A stretch of DNA of 64,000 nucleotides, taken from NCBI RefSeq assembly GCF_036971445.1, contig NC_091470.1, positions 337,466,001 through 337,530,000 on the forward strand, given 5' to 3'. Origin of the DNA: Narcine bancroftii (lineage: Eukaryota). This document shows, piece after piece, positions 21,501 through 34,621 of this stretch; the first letter of the stretch is position 1; each line of letters starts with the position of its first letter. The notes under the pieces are model-generated. The model did not search any database and had not been told where the DNA came from. It saw only the letters and a program-made list of their open reading frames with translations. Position numbers and translations under genes: made by a program.

Positions 21501-22480
21501 TGGTGTACCTCAGGGTTCGGTATTGGGACCACTGCTGTTTGTCATATATATTAATGATCTGGAGGGTGGGGCAGTAAATTGGATTAGTAAATATGCAGAT
21601 GATACTAAAATAGGGGGAAATGTGGATGATGAAGAGGGTTTTCAAAGATTGCAGAGGGATTTAAACTGCTTAGAGGAATGGGCAGAAAGATGACAGATGG
21701 AGTTTAATGCTGATAAGTGTGAGGTGCTTCATTTTGGAAAGAATAATCAAAGCAAGACACTGTGGTAAATGGGAGGGCATTGAAGAATGCAATGGAGCAG
21801 AAAGATCTAGGAATAATGGTGCATTGTTCCCTGAAGGTAGGATAGGGTGGTGAAGAAGGCCTTTAGTATGCTTGCCTATATAAATCAGTGCATAGAATAT
21901 AGGAGTTGGGAAGTAATGATGAAACTGTACAAGGCATTGGTGAGGCCAAATTTAGAGTACTGTGTGCAGTTCTGGTCACCGATTTATAGGAAGGATATTA
22001 ACAAGATAGAGAGACTGCAGAGAAGATTTACAAAAATGTTGCCTGGGTTTCAGCACCTGGAATACAAGGAAAGATTGAGCAAATTAGGTCTTTATTCCTT
22101 GGAACGTAGAAGGCTGAGAGGAGATTTGATAGTGTTTAAGATAATGAGAGGGATAGAGAGAGTTGATGTGGAAAGGCTTTTCCCATTGAGAGTAGGTGAG
22201 AGGTCATGGGTTGAGAGTTGATGGGCAAAGGTTTAGGAGTAACATGAGGGGGAACTTCTTTACTCAGAGAGTGGTTACTGTGTGAAATGGGTTTCCGGGA
22301 AAGGTGGTGGAGGCAGGGTCAATTTTGTCATTTAAGAAAGAGTTGGATAAGTACATGGATGGGAGGGGGATGGAGGGATATGGGCAGAGTGCTGGTAGGT
22401 GGAATTAGAGGAGGGGACTTGGATCAGTGCGGACGAGAAGGGCCAAATTGGCGAGCTGAAATTGTTATATGTTATATTGA
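18591..22480 (+). mobile_element. CR1 LINE, 5'-truncated in ORF1, ORF2 degenerate
   Basis: ORF1 esterase remnant (HVGINHIGRKREEVLKSEYRELGRELKRRTSK), APE endonuclease (CIYFNARSI, ISETWL, GVYYRPP, GSSDH), RT (GVPQGSVLGPLLF, KYADDTK), C-terminal LERRRLRGDL and a tgttata tail. Multiple stops and frameshifts. Confidence 0.92.
18815..19310. mobile_element. Composite insert in CR1 ORF1: partial LTR (family A, 18815-19011) plus a CR1 3' end (~19012-19310)
   Basis: 18815-19011 matches the solo LTR at 29577-29846. It is followed by tttaggaccgagatgaagaggaatttctttacccagagggtggtg...ctcctgctcctatcttctatg, a CR1 3' terminus. Confidence 0.75.
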
Positions 22481-22493
22481 AAAGCAGTAAATT

Positions 22494-23492
22494 ACTCTTT
22501 GCAGACGATGCCGCTTTAGTTGCCCATTCAGAGCCAGCTCTTCAGCGCTTGACGTCCTGCTTTGCGGAAACTGCCAAAATGTTTGGCCTGGAAGTCAGCC
22601 TGAAGAAAACTGAGGTCCTCCATCAGCCAGCTCCCCACCATCACTACCAGCCCCCCCCACATCTCCATCGGGCACACAAAACTCAAAACGGTCAACCAGT
22701 TTACCTATCTCGGCTGCACCATTTCATCAGATGCAAGGATCGACAATGAGATAGACAACAGACTCGCCAAGGCAAATAGTGCCTTTGGAAGACTACACAA
22801 AAGAGTCTGGAAAAACAACCAACTGAAAAACCTCACAAAGATAAGCGTATACAGAGCCGTTGTCATACCCACACTCCTGTTCGGCTCCGAATCATGGGTC
22901 CTCTACCGGCATCACCTACGGCTCCTAGAATGCTTCCACCAGCGTTGTCTCCGCTCCATCCTCAACATCCATTGGAGCGCTTTCATCCCTAACGTCGAAG
23001 TACTCGAGATGGCAGAGGTCGACAGCATCGAGTCCACGCTGCTGAAGATCCAGCTGCGCTGGATGGGTCACGTCTCCAGAATGGAGGACCATCGCCTTCC
23101 CAAGATCGTGTTATATGGCGAGCTCTCCACTGGCCACCGTGACAGAGGTGCACCAAAGAAAAGGTACAAGGACTGCCTAAAGAAATCTCTTGGTGCCTGC
23201 CACATTGACCACCGCCAGTGGGCTGATATCGCCTCAAACCGTGCATCTTGGCACCTCACAGTTTGGCGGGCAGCAACCTCCTTTGAAGAAGACCGCAGAG
23301 CCCACCTCACTGACAAAAGGCAAAGGAGGAAAAACCCAACACCCAACCCCAACCAACCAATTTTCCCCTGCAGCCGCTGCAACCGTGTCTGCCTGTCCCT
23401 CATCGGACTTGTCAGCCACAAACGAGCCTGCAGCTGACGTGGACTTTTACCCCCTCCATAAATCTTCGTCCGCGAAGCCAAGCCAAAGAAGA
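22494..23492 (+). mobile_element. RTE-clade LINE, 5'-truncated
   Basis: LLFADDAAL RT motif, QLRWMGHVSRM, RLPKIVLYGEL, a C-terminal CxxC...H zinc finger, and tail gccaagccaaagaagaa. Confidence 0.92.
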
Positions 23493-24379
23493 ATCTTTCC
23501 AATAGCAACCGAGCTGAGCATATTCTACAAACTGCAGAAATTCATAACTTTAAAGTTGCACCCAATGTTGGAAAGCGAGGGAAAGAATTTTGGGCCTGCT
23601 GAAAGAAATAGTTCTGTCCTAGTAGATGGTGCAATGTCCATGCCAACAGTGAACCTTAGAATTCAGCCTTCTTTAAAAGCATCAGATGATCACTAGCCTT
23701 CGATAGAATTTCAGACGAGAGAAGTGTGTCACCCTTGAATCTGATCGACCGTTCACGTAAAGAAATGAACGTAAAGAACTTTCAAAGTGAATATCTTGGA
23801 ACAGAAATAGAGCAATTCTGATTTCACAATATCAAGAAAATTAGTAAAGAAAATGAACTCTGAAATGCGCCAAATTCTTTAACAAAATGTGTGGAACAGG
23901 GAGAGAAGTGCAAAGATTCTAATCAAATAGAAGATGGGGTTCTCAATAATGGATGAAGGTGAAAATTACCATTTTGCGTATTGAAGGGCAAATTGTAGAG
24001 TCTTTTACTGTTTTAAAATCTAAAGTGCTACATTTCATCATCTTCATTTGCTAACCTGTTTCAAAACATAAAAGGAGCTACAGCAACATCAAAACCACGG
24101 CTGCCAGGCTGGGAAATTGATTCTACCCACAGGCTGTGAGATTAATGTCACCCTAGGACTCATAAATTATTTATACCTATTTATTTTATTATATTTTTAT
24201 GTATATATGTGCACATCATGTGTGTCTGTGTATGCACCATGGGGCAGAGAATTGCAGTTTCTTCTGGTTGAATATGTACAGGCAGATGATAATAAACTTG
24301 AACTTGAAGAAACCAACATTCGAGGTCCCAAATTGGAAAAAAAAACATTTCTCGGATAGAAGGCAGGATTAGAACAGAG

Positions 24380-24940
24380 AACATAGTACAGCACAGTACA
24401 GGGAGTGTTGTGCTAACCTAATAACATACTCTAACAACTGTCTAGAATTTCCCTACTGCAGGACCCTCCATTTACCTCAGTTCCATGTACAGTACTTATA
24501 TATAATAATCTCTCAAGAGATCCTATTGTATTTGCCACCATCACCATTGTCGGTGATGCATTCCATACACCCACAAATCTGTGAAAAAACATACCTCTTA
24601 CTTAATCTCAACACCTAAAATTGATGCCTTTGTGTTGGCCATTTTAGCCCTGGAAAGAAGCCTCTGGACATTCACACAATCAATGCCTCTCATTTGTATA
24701 ACCTCCATCAGCTCACCCCTCCAAGGGGAAAAGATCAAGTTCATTCATTCAACCTATCCTCATAGCACGCTCTCCCACCCAGGCAACATCCTTGTAAATC
24801 TCCTCTGCATCCGCTTTGTGGCATCCATATCATTCCTGTAGTGAGGTGACCAGAACGTTCCAACTGGGGTCTAGCTGCAACATTATCTCAAATGTATGAT
24901 CGCATGGTTAATGAAGGCCAACATACCATGTGCCATCTTA
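24380..24940 (-). mobile_element. Degenerate CR1 3' fragment
   Basis: Reverse-complement CR1 motifs (ccaggcaacatccttgtaaatctcctctgca; aatgaaggccaacatacc). Confidence 0.7.
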
Positions 24941-25182
24941 ACAATAGAAAAAAATGATATTGGCATTCTGAAAACTGAAAGACATTCAACAGCACCTTCA
25001 GAAGCATAAATTAATAAACACAATGCCATTGTGTTCTGATGGAGGGTCTTGTCCGATCTAGAGGCATTATCCTTCTACCCTTACAGCTGTGGACAGGCTG
25101 TTGCCAACAAGGCTTACGGTAACAGGAAATTCAAGAAATACCTAAAGTCTAAAGTTGCCAAAGATAATAATTCATACTAGAG

Positions 25183-25841
25183 CAGGGGTGTCAAACTCAA
25201 ATTCACAGAGGGCCAAAATTAAAAACTTGGACTAAATCGTGGGCCAAACTAAATATTGATTGAAAATTTTCAACAACATCTGCATGTTTTCTCTTCTTTC
25301 AACATATGTAATGTTAAACTTTTTCTTATTAAAATAAATGTTTAATAATAGTTTTGGTTAAACTCTTTCCAGAAGAAGCATTAACAAATGAGAAATAAAA
25401 TATTCAATAAATAATATTTTTCTCTAGCCTTTAAGCTCCTTTTAAATGTTTTTTTTTCACAAGCCAACAAGTCAAAAAAATAACAACTTGCTTCAATGAC
25501 AAACAGGTTTGTCTTTTAAAATGATGAACATATAGTCTGCCTCACACCTGTCTTGAAAGGTCCTGTTTTCTGTCTTTGGTTTGGCCATTTTTCGTAAGGG
25601 GTTTATTACATGTGAGTTCGGCGACAGGTCGCAGGTGCTAATGAAAGTAAAGAGAGGAGGTGGGGGCGATTAGCGAGCTAACGCCAAAGCATTTGCAAAG
25701 CATTCTGGGATCTGTAGTATTAGCTGTGCATGCACTATACTGGCGCGGCAGCCAGCAGGCCAGCTCTAATACATATTTGATATGATCTTGCGGGCCAAAT
25801 ATAATTATAATTATATTGCAGGCCTCAGTTTGACATGTGTG
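25183..25841. mobile_element. Non-autonomous hAT DNA transposon, 659 bp
   Basis: TIRs caggggtgtcaaac / gtttgacatgtgtg; perfect 8-bp TSD TACTAGAG at 25175-25182 and 25842-25849. Confidence 0.88.
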
Positions 25842-25999
25842 TACTAGAGCATCCAAAAATGTGACGAGATTTTTTTTGGAAATGCATATGATATTTTACT
25901 TACAGTGATTTATCTGTTTTCTCTTCAAGCAGGGATACTTTGAAATCAACCCTGGTATTTATAAAGAGGTGATTACTTACAACACACAGATTTATATTG

Positions 26000-26680
26000 T
26001 CATCTTTATTTATCATTTAAATCATGCTCGCCGATAAAGACAGGATAGTATTTCTCCAGGACCACGGAGCATATTTATAGAAATATAAGTTTGAATAGAA
26101 GTTAAACACACTAAAATATTAAGACTTGTACAGTAACAGTCCACATTACCCTATCCTTAAATATTCTGGGAGTTCAGGAGTCTAATAGTTATAGGGCAAA
26201 AGTAGTTACCCAATCTGAATGTAAGGGCCCGAGCGCCCTTCTACCAGATGGCAGAAGAGAGAACAGTTTACGTGAGGGGTGTGTGGAATCCTTCACAATA
26301 TTTATTGCCTTTCTCCTGCTTCGAGTGTTGTAAAGGACCTTTATGGTGGGAAAAGAGCCACCCGCTGATTTCACTATCCTCTGCAGGATCTTGTGGTCTG
26401 AGGAGATACAGCTTCCAAACTAGGCGGTGATGCAGTTGCACAAGGTGCTCTCAATACATCCTCTGTAGAAGGTAGTGAGGATGGAGGGTGGGAGGTGAAC
26501 TTTCCTCAGCCTTCGAAGGAAGTAGAGGTGCTGCTGGGCTTCCTTGGTTACGGAGCTTGTGTTAAGGGACCGTGTGAGGTTCTTCGCCAGGCACTCCAAG
26601 GAACTTGATACTCTTGACGGCCTCAATGGTGGAGCCAACAATGGTCAGCAGAGCATGGTCCCTCTGGGCCCTCTTGAAGA
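26000..26680 (-). mobile_element. Rex1/Babar LINE 3' fragment
   Basis: AQQHLYFLRRLRKVHLPPSILTTFYRGCIESTL; KAINIVKDSTHPSRKLFSLLPSGRR. Confidence 0.85.
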
Positions 26681-26719
26681 AGCTTTAGAAGTTTAGAAGC
26701 TTCCTTTCACACACAAAGC

Positions 26720-27170
26720 TTTAGAGAAGGTCCGGGGGGGAATTAATGAGGATATTACCTGGATTAGAGAAGAAGTCTTAAGAAACAAATGATAGAGCTA
26801 GGGTTTTTCTCTTTGCAGCAATGAAGGATGAGAGGTGACTTAATCTCGGTATATCAGATTATGAGCAGCACAGATAGGGTGGAGAGCCAGCATGGCTTTT
26901 CCAGAGCAGCAATGGGAAATACCAGAGGAGATTTGTTTAAGGTGAGTGGAGAACTGTACGTAGAGAGTGGTGGGTGCCTGGACTGATTACCAATGGCCAT
27001 GGGGGAAACTGGTACAATAGGGACATTTAAAAGACTGTAACTTAGGCATATGGATGTAAGGAAAATAGAGGGTTATGGTTGTGAGGTGGGGAAAAATTGA
27101 ATTGATGTGTAGTAGGTTGAAAAAGGCCAGCACAACATTGTGGGCTGAAGGGCCTGTATTGTGCTGTAAT
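26720..27170 (+). mobile_element. Degenerate CR1 3' fragment
   Basis: gaaggatgagaggtgacttaat...gggctgaagggcctgtattgtgctgt, a CR1 3' end. Confidence 0.7.
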
Positions 27171-27184
27171 TAGTTGTGGATTTT

Positions 27185-27410
27185 TTAGTCATACAGCACA
27201 GTTACAGCTCACAAACCCATGCCGTCTAATTGCATCCAATTGATCTATAACCCCGGTATGTATTTTGAATGGTGGGAGGAAACCGTAGCACCCAGAGGAA
27301 ACCCTCACAGACATTGGGAGAATGTTCAAACTCCTTACAGACAGTGCTGGATTCAAACCCCTGGTGCTTTAACAGCATTGCGCTAACCACTAGGCGAACT
27401 GGGCTGCTCT
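27185..27410 (-). mobile_element. tRNA-derived SINE
   Basis: Reverse-complement SINE core (gggagaatgttcaaactccttacagacagtgc). Confidence 0.8.
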
Positions 27411-27549
27411 TCCATGTGTTCTATGATGAAAAACTATAGGTCTTTATTGGTCTTTGTCAAAGAAAAAACAAATTTAAAGCATTGAGTCATGCACAAGTTG
27501 GCCCTTCATCCTGCATGAGGCCCACATCCCTCAATTCCTTTCCTAAACA

Positions 27550-28230
27550 GAATTTATTGTCATGAACAAGTCATGAAATATGGTGTTTTGTGGCAGCGTC
27601 ATAGAGCAAACATACATATTACAACAATCTTAAAACATTACTGTATATATAAAAAATGCAGTGTCTTTGGTTCATTGATCATTCAGGAATCTGATGGCAG
27701 CGGGGAAGAAGCTGTCCTTGTGCTGCTGAGTGCTCAACTTTATGCTCCTTTACCTCTTTCCCGATGGTAGCAGAGTGAAGAGGGCATAGACTGGGGTTCT
27801 TTGAGGATTGAAGCTGTTTTTTTAAGACATTGCCTCATGTAGATGTCCTCAATGGAGTGATCTGGTGCCTGTGACATTGCAGACTGAGTTAACAACCTTC
27901 TGGAGTTTATTCTTGTCCTGAGACTTGGTGCCTCCATACCAGACAGTGATGCAAGCAGCCAGAATGCTCTCCACAGTATATCTGTAGAAGTTTACGAGAG
28001 CCTTCAGTGGCATACCAAACTGCCTCAGACACCTCACAAAGAATAGCTGCTGGCGAGTCTTCTTTGTGATTGCATCAATGTGGAGGCTCCAGGCCAGAGA
28101 TGTTGACACCCATGTATTTGAAGTTCTTGACCCTCTCCACTACTGAGCCCTCGATGAGGACTGGATCGTGTTCCCCCAACTTCCTCCTGAATTCCACAAT
28201 CATCTCCTTGGTTTTGCTGACATTGAGCGC
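27550..28230 (-). mobile_element. Rex1/Babar LINE 3' fragment
   Basis: WSLHIDAITKKTRQQLFFVRCLRQFGM...NFYRYTVESILAACITVWYG. Confidence 0.85.
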
Positions 28231-29451
28231 ACTTGTCCCGTACCTGTCCAAAAGTTTTTGAATGCTGTGACTGTATCTGCCTCAACTTTGGTAGCTCATC
28301 GCACATACCGCTCTCACCATAAACCTATATCCTCAAGTTTTAGACTCACTTACCCTTGGAAATATTTGAGATTCTTTACTCTTAAATGGAAAGATAATAC
28401 TCCATTTACACATACTCAGTGGTTGCTTTGAACCATTGGGGCTGTGCTGTTCGTTTCCAAGTAGCTGCCACTTGATTCCCACATGTTGACTTTTAACCTT
28501 GCTTAGCAGTAGGTGGTTTCAATTAAAATTTCTTTCTTTTGCCTTTATTTTGTGTGGTTAATTCTATTCTTAAATATGGATTTTTTAAATCATGAAAATC
28601 TTTTTTGTAATAATTTCTTTTTTTTCTTTTGTATCTTATAGCACAATATATAACTACTTTTTAAGTATTTATAATGTATAATATAAACACCAATAAAAAT
28701 ATTTTAAAAAAGAAAGAAAGGTTCTTTACTCTATCTGTGCCCTTCATGTTTTATAAACATCTGGAAGGTCACATTCGGGATAGATTGGTCACAGAGTGAA
28801 GAGGGCACGGCATACAGAATATCAGAACTGCATTGCTTTACTGCTCATGAACAAATTTTGGGGAAACTCTGTGAAGCTATTGCTCATTTTATATGGGATT
28901 TGAAAACAATAAGAAAATCATAAAATATTGAAGTGAATATGACACAGAACAAGATTGTTAAATAATTCTGTTCTACTTTTTTCCTCTTCCAATTTTGTCT
29001 GCCAATAAATTGGCTTTTACATCTGATGGCATTGTGTTTCTGTGCTTTGGGTGAGGCAGAAAGACAAGTTCATGTCCTTTTTCAAATCCTGTCAGACAGA
29101 CACCATAATAATGTTAATGAAATCCTGTGAATACTTTGTTATACATTACATGAATATCGACTTGTTGCCTTAAAATCAAAGTAAAACAACCACCATCATA
29201 AACACTTGAAAGATTGGTCAACTTCAATCACTAAAATAAACAATTGCTGTGATTCATTTCACTTGCCTTAGTTGGAATTATTCAATAATTTTTTTTAAAT
29301 CTAAGCCCTTATCAATTTTTTATCTTGACAGTGTTAATATATTGCTGCAAATACAAGCTGAATGTTAAATGCAGAGCAGAGCTCAGCAGTTCGAAATAGC
29401 TTACAGTCAGCGCTGCTCAAAATTCAGGCCATTCTTCAATGACATGTTGCT

Positions 29452-29539
29452 TTACATTTGTGTGCTCTCAATTACGTTTCCATTCTCTGCTGCAGTCTGA
29501 TTGTGTGTATTTTCTGCGTCACAGTTACCATTCACTTCC
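29452..29539 (-). CDS. SLC22A13: SLC22A13-like last coding exon (88 nt)
   Basis: Strong acceptor tttattttctctccag; the phase-2 join gives EVNGNCDAENTHNQTAAENGNVIESTQM*. The C-terminal S-T-x-hydrophobic motif is PDZ-ligand-like, as in many SLC22 proteins. Confidence 0.8.
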
Positions 29540-29576
29540 CTGGAGAGAAAATAAAACCTTTGAGCATGTGGTGCGC

Positions 29577-29846
29577 TGTTAGACAGAATCAGACACACAC
29601 AAGGTAAAGACTGAACAACAGGCTTTAATCCACAGAACCAGGCTGGCTGTGGCTGCAAAAACTCAGTGTGAAGCTTTGGGAGGCCAACACAGGCTTATAT
29701 CCCGGAGGGTGATTGACACCTGATTGGGTGGTGCTTGATCCATTCAGGCCAACTGATTGGCAGCCGGCCAGGTGTTGTCCTGTTCCCTTATACTTCTGCA
29801 GGTACAGAGGTTTCCTCCTACAATCGGCTGATGGTGTACCACCACA
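29577..29846 (-). mobile_element. Solo LTR (family A), 270 bp
   Basis: TG...CA termini; 4-bp TSD gcgc/gagc; TATA-like tataag and ATTAAA on the minus strand; second partial copy at 18815-19011. Confidence 0.8.
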
Positions 29847-30911
29847 GAGCAACTTTGCATCAAAGCAATGAACTAATTAAAAGGAACTGAAGAGATTTGC
29901 AATCTACCCTCACTAGCAAGTTGAAACTAATACACAAAAGTGCTGGAGAAACTAAGCAGGTCCCGCTGCATCCATTGAAGACAAAGATACAGTAGATAAC
30001 CAAGGTTTTTGGCCCGAGCCTTTCACCAAGCTCAGTCCTGAATGTTGGTTAAATATTTTTGCCTCCTATGGACAGTGTGGACCTGTTGAGTTTCTCCAGC
30101 ACTTTTGCCTAGTAACTACAATCACAGCATCTGCAAACTTTCTTGTTTCACTCATAAGCTGAAGATCCTCGCTGGTGACCTGGATGATTGGGAAAAGGAG
30201 TGAACATGAGCCACGAGATTCCAGCGGAACAGAGATCCAAAGCTAATTTTAATCTTAGGTGTTGAAGGATGGCAACAATAGTGAGCTTTGACATTTTCAT
30301 CATTACCCATATTTTTGGGACATTCGGGTGGAACATTGTTTCTGTGCTGATGGTAAATGCCAGTTACCATGTAGAAACCATCCCATTACCTAACAATGGC
30401 CACCTTGACATTTCGACAAAAGAAACAATGTAATCTGGTGCTGCTACTTGATTGTTTTCTGTTTGCTATAATTCACCTGAAATCAGCAGAGCTGAGATAT
30501 TTAAAACAAAATATATCCAGCACAAATCAAGCATTTTTACCATGTTTAAAAGTTATATTAGGGTTCAGCTCTGTCCCGAAGTATGATTGTAAGACCAATG
30601 TGATTTCAACTAATAGAATAAGCTTTTAAAATTGCTTTAAAGGCATACAAGTTAAATTGAATTGTTTGGGATCAAGAACACTGATAACAATATTTTAACA
30701 GCTCTTGACTGTAATCTTTTGAATTTATTATTTAAGAAAAAGGTTTTTGTTCCTCAATATATCTTTCAGTATTTTCCAATATATTTTAAAACTATATTTT
30801 GTGTCAAAAATAGGATTATTCACAAAAAAAATTGATTTAAAAATGCAATATTATGTAGTAGAGCTTTCAGCTGTATTAATTAAATCAAGGATGCATAAAG
30901 AAAACTTTTTT

Positions 30912-31132
30912 TAGACATAAGGTACAGTAACAGGCCCTTTTGGCCCATAAGCCCATGCTACCCAATTACATCCAATTGACCCACAACCCTGGTATGTTTT
31001 GAACAGTGGGAAGAAACTGGAGCACCCAGAGGAAACCCATGCAGACATGGGGAGAATGTACAAACTCCTTAAAGACAGCGCTGAATTTGAACCCCGGTCC
31101 CTGGTGCTGTCACTGTGTTGCGCTAACTGCTG
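30912..31132 (-). mobile_element. tRNA-derived SINE
   Basis: Reverse-complement SINE core (gcagacatggggagaatgtacaaactcctt). Confidence 0.8.
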
Positions 31133-32136
31133 TTAAAAAAAACTTTGAAAAGTAACCAACAGATTGAAGGACTCATCCTACCATGACCCCACTCTCTTCT
31201 CCCTCCTCCTATCAGGAAGAATCAGAGCTCCACAATCAGAAACAGATCTTATGATTCATCTTGTCCCTGTTGTTCAATTTAGTCCAATTTGCCTATATTT
31301 GTCCCATATCCCTCTAAACCTGTCCAAATATCTTTTGAATATTACAGTTGTATCCCTTTCTTCCTCTGACAGCTGGTGCCATACACCAATCAACCTCCAT
31401 CTGAAAAAGATGCTCGTCAGTTCCATTTTAAATTGCCCCCTTAAATTACCTTAAATCTATGCTCTCTAGCTTTAGATCCCCCTACCCTGGGACAAAGACT
31501 AAAATTTTCTACCTTATCTATGCCTTCATGTTTTTGAGAAAGAAAAGTGATTAGCTATTCCTTGCAATGAAGAGGTCAGTTGTAGCAATTGCCCAATTTT
31601 ACTTCTGATTCAGATGATTACAGTCCATTCTGATGCAATGCTCGGAGATGGCAGACTTTGTCTCTACATATCACTCACTCCACTCTGTATGACTTACATT
31701 CCACCTGACCCCTTTGTTTCCCCTTGCTTCCATCATGCTCTCTTCCTTTGTCTGACACTTGCCAATCAACTGCCTCTATCTCTCATCTTTCAACCCTCCC
31801 TGTTTCACCAATCCTCACTATCCCCTATCCAATCCCTCCTATCTTGTCCTCATTATACTAACCACCTCCCCTCTGGACTCTCAGTCCTGGTGAAGGGTCC
31901 CCGTCTTTTTCTCCCTCTGATGTTGCTCGAACTGGTGAGTTCCTCTGGCAGATTGGTGAGCTATCTGACACAACAGGTTGCAGTGAAGGAGTACTTATCA
32001 TATTAAACAGAATTTGTGAGATATCCCAAGACCAGCAATGACAAGTGTGAATTAATTGTTTTCTTCTTTCTGACTGACACTAAATGTCAGGAAGGAATAC
32101 TAAACAATGACTAAAATGATGAATGTTTATAGCCTA

Positions 32137-32416
32137 TGTGGCAGAATATAGATATATTTTTGGGAGATAAATTGGGGCAGGTATTGTAAGTGTGGGTCAC
32201 ATACAAACACTTTAAAACAGATCTTATTTAAAATACTGGAGCTCTGCTGATGCTAGACATATCAGCCTCAGAGCCTTTGCAAAAGCTTTGGAGAGTGCCC
32301 AAGAGACTTCACCAATAGATTGTTGTTTACAAAAAGGCAACATTCTGTCTGGAAGGGAACTTGCTGTTCTGAGAGGGTCATGTGGTTTTGCAAGCAGAGA
32401 GAGTCAAACAGATTTT

Positions 32417-32452
<36 letters not shown>

Positions 32453-33159
32453 CAGAGAGAGAGAGATCAGTTCTGCAGTGTTACATTAAGCAACAGCAGC
32501 TGGAATTGGAACAGGACAAGCTGGAAAGCTTGTGGAAAACCCCATTTGGAAGATGGGTTGTGAGTGCTTGGTTCAGCCTGGTCAAAGCCCTTGTGCCTCA
32601 TGGAAGAGGAGAGGACTGGCTATCTAACGTTTCACTTGAAATAAGAGACAAAAAGGCACTCTGTGGTGACCTGGAAGAAAGAGGTTATCATCTGGAGAAC
32701 CCTGAGGGGACACGTTTCATCAGCAAGATACTGATGTGGCTGATTAAAAAGGAACCAGTTATAAATGTCCTGGAACAACAAATCTCTCTCTGAAAACTGA
32801 CAAGAACCTTCCGGAGTGGTAACCATTTACCTTTCAAGCCCCAAAGCCTGGTGAACTTTATAAAGGTTCAATTCTGTGCACAGTCCAAGAATTGCCTGCA
32901 ACCCGTGAACTTGGAGGAATGAGAAGTGAGATTGGACTGTGAATCAAAGAAGTTTTCTAAACTTGTACACACATTACACGTACGTGCGCTTAGCATTCGA
33001 AGGGGGTTAAGTTAGGTTAGTTAAGTCAATAGTGTTAAGTTAAAGTGTGATTCGGTTTTCATGTTTAAAGTTAATGAAAAGCAACTTCTGTTGAAGTAAC
33101 CACTTGTCTTGATGAATATCTATTGCTGCTGGGTTTTGGGGTCCTCTGGACTCATAACA
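32137..33159 (+). mobile_element. Solo LTR (family B), ~1.0 kb
   Basis: tgtggcag...cataaca termini; TSD ccta/ccca; internal (GT)n(GA)n; homologous in reverse orientation to 36823-40482 and 55797-61162. Confidence 0.85.
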
Positions 33160-33180
33160 CCCAAATAAAACAGTACTAAC

Positions 33181-33390
33181 TTTTTAACATTTCCATCTTG
33201 TCCAAAGGGATCTGGTAATTCTTTGTTGGCAGTTTCCGGCAGCAGGAGAGTCAGAGCACTGGCAATTATTGACATGATTCCAAATAAGGCCAAGGAGATA
33301 CCTGGAGAGACTGGTTCCAAAATCAAGACCATGGGAACAATGATACCACCTAGCCGAGCAATCATGGACATCAAACCAATGGCACTCTGT
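33181..33390 (-). CDS. SLC22A13: SLC22A13-like exon 9 (210 nt)
   Basis: atgcag|...|gttagt; QSAIGLMSMIARLGGIIVPMVLILEPVSPGISLALFGIMSIIASALTLLLPETANKELPD with the LLPET motif. Confidence 0.88.
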
Positions 33391-34621
33391 CTGCATCATT
33401 AAAAAAAAGAGCTTACAGTCATTTATGAAAGATCTCCATCACGACAGCTGTCAATTACAATACGGCCATGCAACATATTAAAATGCAGCAGATAATCCAA
33501 ATAATTTTTATTCTCTTCATCTTTTGCTAAATATGTCCAATTAACAAATTGCTTACTCTTCTACACCTATTGCTTCTTGGCTCGGATCAATGGTGCCATG
33601 GGCTAGAACAAACAAATAAACTGGGAAAATAGGTTTCAGAACAGTTCAAAATTCCTGTAATATTTCTTGACATTTCACAGTAAGAAACACAATCAGGAAA
33701 TTGGGGAAAAATAAGGCAATTGAAACAAACTATGTGCTCACTTATCGGCCAATATTACTGATAAGGATCTCTGTACAAAGGAAAGGACGTAATGAATAGA
33801 AGGAGTAGGTCATTCAGAGTTTCAGGTCTTGTTATTTGTTATTAACTATGGCCCTAACAAGCTACTATCTCAGCTCTACCTTCCTGCACAATTCTTTCAT
33901 TCCTCGAGTTGCCCATTAATAATCGGGCCCAATAACACAAAATGCCATTTAATAGTATACCAATGAGGAAGGGCCAGAATTTCAGATAATTAAAGTCTTG
34001 GGAATAGTCAGGTCAGATACGTCACCAGCTTATTTTGAATTTTTACACATCTTTATTGGATGCGAGTGCTTCTGACATTTCTGACCTCCCACCATTTGCC
34101 AAGAAAAAGTGATGACGGAACCTGTTCAGTCAACTCCTCTATGAGAACGGTCAGCCATTTTGGAATTGGTGTTGGTTCATGTTCAGTACAGAGCAGGTTT
34201 GTTCCCTCTCCTCATTTATGAGCACGGTGGAGCTTTTCATAGGCTTTGCTGTCACCTTTACTGAAAATGGCTTTTTACTTCATGACTTGCAAATGAATTC
34301 AAATGCATATTGCCACGGCACAATGTGAACTCAACTTCATCTTTGATCTTGGATTACATGTAATAATGGGGTGAGTTACAGGCACTGGACAAAGCTATGA
34401 CTCTGTGTGCCTTATGGTGGACAAAAGTTAAAGAATTTCATGCATGTTACATTTTAAATGAAACCTTTACTGTTAGCAAACTGCTCGCCACATTTTCTGT
34501 ATGCATGCCTGATCTGGTTATGCTTGGTGAACAAGGTGCAAAAGGTATTTAAAACATTCCAGCAAAAAAAAAAGAGATTTCACGCAGGTAATTGTGTGAT
34601 ATATTTTCTAATCCGTCATAC

